Shown here in pieces: positions 58,632 to 64,000 of a DNA stretch of 64,000 nt (the stretch's first letter is position 1; each line of letters opens with the position of its first letter). The translations under genes and the position numbers were made by a program. The notes under the pieces are model-generated. The model was not told where the DNA came from and made no database searches. It was given only the letters and a program-made list of their open reading frames with translations. This DNA is from Paraspadella gotoi (lineage: Eukaryota > Animalia > Chaetognatha), in contig CM119267.1 in the NCBI GenBank assembly GCA_051294375.1, positions 9,325,709 to 9,389,708 on the forward strand. The letters run 5' to 3'.

Positions 58632-59514
58632 AAATTGATTTTTAGGTTTTTATTAGATTTTGAATAAAAGTTAAAACGTAATCTTTGTGTTCTTTTTAAA
58701 GTTTCCATCGCTTTTTGAAGTCAGAGGGAAAATTGAACCGTCAAAATCTTTTAAAGAAAACGAAACTGTGTCAGTGAAGTTAAGCATAGTCATTGAAAAC
58801 TTTTTTTACATACGTATAACTAAACTATAAGAGACCAACAATTCCGTACTCTTGCTTTGTAACTAAGCTTAAAAATTAGGTCGTTTCCCTTTTGCTTTTA
58901 TTAAAACTGAATTGAAAGGCTATAAAAATGCTCCATCTAACTTGGACCATAAAGACACCCAAGAACTAAAACGTTCGGTTAAACTTGACCGTCCATTTGA
59001 ACGTAATACTTTTATAAAAATTACTCGGTACTCGAGGAGAAGAAAAATGAGAGCATTTATTTTTTAGGTTAAAAGTTTAAGAGAATCCTAGGTTATTTAA
59101 CACTTGTTTTTCCGATTTTGCTTTGGATCTCTTGACCTTGGCTAAAAAGTGCCATTTGGGAGCTTCTGATGGACAATGCCTCTTTTCGCGGCAGCGGACA
59201 TTCCTGCATGATCGTTTTTCGCGTAAAATCGTCATTTTCCGTAAAGCATTGAGACCATTATTTTTTATAAATATTATAAATATCTGCCCGATTTAAAAAG
59301 TAAAGATTTTGCATCTGTCTTTGCTTCTCCCTCTTAAAAAAATATTTACAATGAATTTTGTTTCCAGAAGCGTGTATTAAAACTTAAAAACATGAGGAAT
59401 AAAAGAAATTAAAAACAGAAAAAAATGTGTAAAAGTTGTTTTTCGGTTAAAAATCAACTAGTCAGTTTTTCAACGTATAAAAAATCCTGGAACAGTTTGT
59501 AATTGTAAGTTTGT

Positions 59515-60956
59515 TCAATCGGGAAGGAGGGTTTTGTAGGCGGTGTTTTGCAGATGTCCTTCCATGTAGTGAACGATGTCGCGGACAGCGTCTCGACCCG
59601 CGCGTCGTTTAGAGATGTAGCAGCATCGCTGTTAAAAACAATGACACTTCATGACATGAGGAAGTAGATACTTTTACGGTTAGAGCGTCGGAATTTTAAC
59701 GAAGGTCTTAGCTACCTACTCATCGAACTAAGAGCTTAATTAGGAACTTAATTTTAAAATATCATTGATTGCGACAAACATCTTTTTTTAGGCCCACCCA
59801 TGTTATGCCAGAGGTCAATTAAACTACTATGATTTTGACAATTTTTGACACATGTTCACTGAACATTGTTTAGTGTACATTAGGGCGTTGAAAAATAACG
59901 AAATATAACAAATCAAGTGAGGTACATAGCTATTTTAGTGTAATAAAGTCCATAGAATTCGATGATGATAACCATTTTTTTGTATAGTCTCATCTTCTTT
60001 GTCGGAAATGGCGATTTTTGCAGCATATAAGGTGCTATTAAAATGGAGCAAACATTGTAGAGTATAAGAAACTCAAATTATTAAGATTTTATAAAAGCCA
60101 TATTTAACTTACATAATATGAAAATAAAGACCTATATAAATATTTTGGTAAGTTTATTTACAAATTTTAGATTTTATTAATAGTTTGTTAGCTATATTTA
60201 TTAATAAATAATAATAAAAAATAAGCTAAAGTGAAAAAATAAAAAAATAAAATTTTAAAACCGGATTTGAATTTCTTACAAAAAGTTGATATAAGAAAGT
60301 ATAATCCATTTTAAAAAATTCTTTCATTAAGTAGGTTAAAAATATTAAAAACTATTATTTTTGTTTAATTTTTCAATTTTTGGCTTAAAATTATAGTTTT
60401 TCTGAATTTTGACCAACTTAATGACATAATTTTGATATAAAAATTATATTTTCTTATATCAACTTTTTGCAAAGAATGCAAATCCATGAAAAAAATTTTA
60501 TAATTATTATTTTTTAACTTTAACCTAATTTTTACTCATAATTATTAATAAATATAGTTAACTAACTTTTTATAAACATAAAATTTAGAAATAAACTTAC
60601 CAAAATATTTTTATAAGTCTTTATTTTTATATTTCAAAAGCTCATATAAATTTTTAAAAATTTTAATAATTTGATTTATCATAACTTATAATGGTTTTGT
60701 ATTTTATAACAATTTTATATACTTTAAAAACCGTCATTTCCGACAAGAAAGATAAAATTATATAAAAAATGGTCATCACCATCGAATTCTACAGACTACA
60801 TTACACTAAAATAGCTATGTACCTCACTTGATTTGTTATATTTTGTTATTTTTCAACGCTCTAGTGTACATGCCTGAGTGCAAAGGAAATCAGCGTCTTC
60901 GCATCCAAAAGGGTATCCACATTTGCTCAGAGCAGGAACGTCGATCAGATCACCAC
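59515..60956 (-). CDS. Last two exons (60956-60874, 59628-59515) of a CMAS C-terminal / KdsC-like HAD phosphatase domain; upstream exons not found in the window
   Basis: Spliced through a GC-AG intron it reads GGDLIDVPALSKCGYPFGCEDADFLCTQRCCYISKRRAGRDAVRDIVHYM, matching the KdsC/CMAS GDDxxD...GGRGAVRE pattern. Confidence 0.7.
59878..60866. mobile_element. About 1-kb fold-back MITE with TA target duplication (Tc1/mariner-pogo type)
   Basis: Long inverted arms (cattagggcgttgaaaaataac...aaatcaagtgaggtacatagc / gctatgtacctcacttgattt...ttcaacgctctagtg), flanked by TA. Confidence 0.85.
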
Positions 60957-63900
60957 CTAAAATTAAAAAATATTTACTGTTTTTGTTTTAAGACAGAATC
61001 TAATGTTTAAACAATATTAGATTATTCGTACGGGTCGACTAGTCTTTGCAACCCCGGAGAGTTTTGATAATCATTACCCCTTTGACACTTTCAGCCCCTT
61101 TTCTGCGAGGGAACATCTGTTTGGATTGAAGCGTCTCGCGCATCGGCATTTACAAGGAATAATGGTTAGCCCTCCGTTGCCCCTTCAGAGAAGGAAAGAA
61201 AAAAATATTCAAAAAAAGAAAAGAAGGGAGATCCGAGGAAGAGGGGACGTGGAGACTCGGAGGATGTGGCAAAAAGAAGAGCAGATTTCCGAATCTGGTC
61301 CACAGGGAATCGGGGGAATGATTGGGGCCGAGGAGCTTTGAAAAAGGATTAGTGAGTGAGAGAGAGACACCCGGATGTCAAAGGATTCGGGAGCACGGAT
61401 GTCGATATACGGAGACGGGCGCTCAAAAGGCTTTTCTCTGGATGAGTTCAAGACAGAAACAGATGTTGTAAGCTAGTATTTGGAAATACATTACAGTTTC
61501 TTTTCAAAATTTTATATTTTAATCGCGAACTTTTTTCAACTTTTTCTCTCTTTAGCCAGGTTATACTTATCGGTCCTCATTCTTCAATTTTCGCGGCCGC
61601 GATAGCTAATTTTATTTTAAATTTTTGCATAGCTGATTATATACTAAACATACAAAATTCGTTCTTTTCGTATGAAGCCGAAACTACATTCCACTTTGAA
61701 TGACACAACCCAAAACCTTTTTCTCCTCAACCTTCCTTTAACGTCTCTACTCCCCCCCCCTCCCCCTTCGAAAACCCTTTTCGGACGGCGCCGCGATCGA
61801 GGGTCGAGGCGCCGAAAAAAAAAAGAGCATCGAGCGAATCTTTTTATCAGTCGCTCCCAGAACTGTAATGAATGATCTCTCGTCGTCAGCGTCGTCGTCT
61901 TGATCATCGTCATCATCTTTTTTCTTCTCATTCACGTCTCACCTCTTCAAGGGCGTTCCTATACAAAATCCTCCGCCGTTCACTCTTTTCACAGGAGCTC
62001 GTCTTCTTTTCAAGTTGCTCCATGTGCAAGATCGGCCAAATCGAGAACGGAATCATATCGAGATCTCACGTGAATAGTGAATACATTTCGTCCGAGGTGA
62101 AATTTTCTCATTTTTTTTTAGCGAGCGAAAAATCTTAGTATGAAAGTTTTCCTAAAAGCCTAAGATTTTTGTCTCGATTAAAAAATAGAAAAAAAGAGAA
62201 AATTTATAGACTGAAATTATTTTTTGTTTTGATTGAGCGTATATTTAATTATGTGGCCACCTTTCGCAAAAAGCGGCACTTTCGAAGCGACGATGCTCTT
62301 TTCTTTTGACGCAAAACGAGAGCGCCGTTTCTCGGCCTCATTTTCGAGTATCTATTGTCCATTGTTTGCCCATAAACTCAGAAGCGAGACGGATATCCCT
62401 CTCCCCATTTTCATTTCTCTTTCTCGCGAAAACACCATTCCCCACGAATATAAAAGAAAAAAAAAATCGGCGTCTTCCATTAGATTTCACTTCTGACATT
62501 TTCGCCTTCCCATCGCCTTCCCATATGGTCTCGAGTTATTACGCGCGCAAACGCCTTTCCGCTCGCGTGCAACGCGATTGTAAACTCGGGAGAAGAGAAT
62601 CTTTGAGCGAGGAGGGAGGGGGAGAGAGAAAGAGAGGGACAGAGTGGATAAGAAGTTAGGATGAGTGGGAGTATTTCGGCTTTGAACGAATGAATGGCGC
62701 CACAAAAGTAGAAGTAGAGAATAGTAACCGAAGAGGAAAAATTGCAAAGTGCTTTGAAGTTAGACTCAAACCGAGCTAAATGGAATCAACGAAATACAAA
62801 ACTTGTTCGCAATTTAAAACTTATTCACCAGAACTGGCAGAAGAAAAAGCCTAACTTTCCTCCCACAACCTCCCTCCATTACCGCCCCCTCCCCCCACCG
62901 CGAGTCTATGATCTACGAGGGTCTCGAGAGTAAACTCTCTCGCTCTATCTTTCTCTCTCTCACTGAACCCGCGCGTGAATCTTAATGAGCCGCTCGATCC
63001 TAGATGGCGCGGAAACAAACGGGGAGACGCGAAGAACGCAAAAAAACAAAAGGGGGTCGCGATGGGGCGAAACCCATTTATATTCGGATTCGATATAAAG
63101 AAAAAAATAGGACCATTTTGCCTTTCTTGACGGAACGGTTTCAAAATTAATTGTATAGACTAAATAGTGTAAATATTTCAAAGCCCTTTGAAAACATACT
63201 AAAATGAACAGCGGGTGATTGCTAAAAAGTCTCGTTTTTCCAGGCGAACAAAGTTGAAAATTATGAAGCAGGGAGAAGACTAAAGCTGGGACCCAGTAGA
63301 GTAGACAAAAACAGAGAAGACAGACAGACCCAAGTGAGACAGACAAGAGGACTCGACGTATCAACATCTGCTTTTTTTTTCTCCTCTTATTTTTTCTTTC
63401 GTTTCTATCCGTTTTCTTTCCAAGCCCGAGGCAAGAGTTTGTCTCCGAAGCATCTGGTCCCCAAAATGGAAAACCACCGGCAAATGAAGAAGAAGAAAGG
63501 GAGGAAAGGGGAATAAAAAGGGAAGCGGGGATGTGCGATGGGGATTAAAAAAAAATAGGCTCACGCGGGAAAACGGCAGAATGGAAACTAGTCGAGAGAA
63601 TCGAAAAGATGAAAAAGAAGATAACGCAAGTATCAAAATAAAAAAGATAAAATACCTTAGGAGCGTTTTTCTTTTTTTTAAATTCACACAGAGAAAAAAA
63701 ATCGTTCTATCGAATTCTGATTAAAAGTAAAAGCTCTTCTCAACTTCCTTTCACCCATCGCCTAATCCATCGCCCACCGCCACTCCTACCTAAAACTACC
63801 TCCCTCAATATTCCCACCCCAGCGACGCCCGAAGGAGGAGTGATCATGGTAATTGCTAACAGAGAAACTCGATTTATTTATATCCGCAAGGTGTAACCGC

Positions 63901-64000
63901 GCGAGAGGCGGATTCGATTTTCATTTGCATATGCGAGAAAAATTCTCCTTCGGCTAGAGAGAGAGAGAGAATGTGGATTGCGAGCGAAGGAAATAAACGC

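Noticed and set aside
61928-62056. 42-aa minus-strand ORF (MIPFSIW...ERRRILYRNALEEVRRE), faintly SERTA-like
   Set aside because: Too short and the similarity too weak to support without a profile search.
1-64000. Non-standard genetic code or prokaryotic origin
   Set aside because: All genes translate cleanly with the standard code and have spliceosomal introns and metazoan-type products.

Overview
Eukaryotic (animal) genomic DNA from a compact genome, with mostly 60-100 nt introns and GC/CpG-rich exons separated by AT-rich spacers. From 710 to 58631 I can read 22 protein-coding genes, all on the + strand: TRIM2/3, EPT1/SELENOI, CDK20, a DSN1-like gene, METTL13, an SLC16 transporter, RDH13-like, a matrin-type zinc-finger gene, ALKBH8, an RRM gene, POLR3G, aldolase, PHRF1, TFG, a Nudix hydrolase, a MYND/reverse-transcriptase-fragment fusion, a Vreteno-like RRM-MYND-Tudor gene, a triple-Myb gene, DARS2, SNX20/21, TRABD and SCG5/7B2. 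There is also an intronic tRNA-Cys. Stop-to-start gaps are mostly 40-600 nt, and most start codons follow a T-rich...AG splice acceptor with no evident donor. This fits a very long operon-like unit resolved by spliced-leader trans-splicing, which is inferred and not proven. A relic of a collapsed local duplication (9208-9400) suggests how gene order was reshuffled. The larger introns carry a mini-LTR element, a solo LTR, Helentron-associated (HINE/DINE-1-like) elements and MITEs. The only minus-strand gene is the 3' end of a CMAS/KdsC-like HAD domain at 59515-60956. All gene names come from manual motif recognition, and I cannot identify the species.
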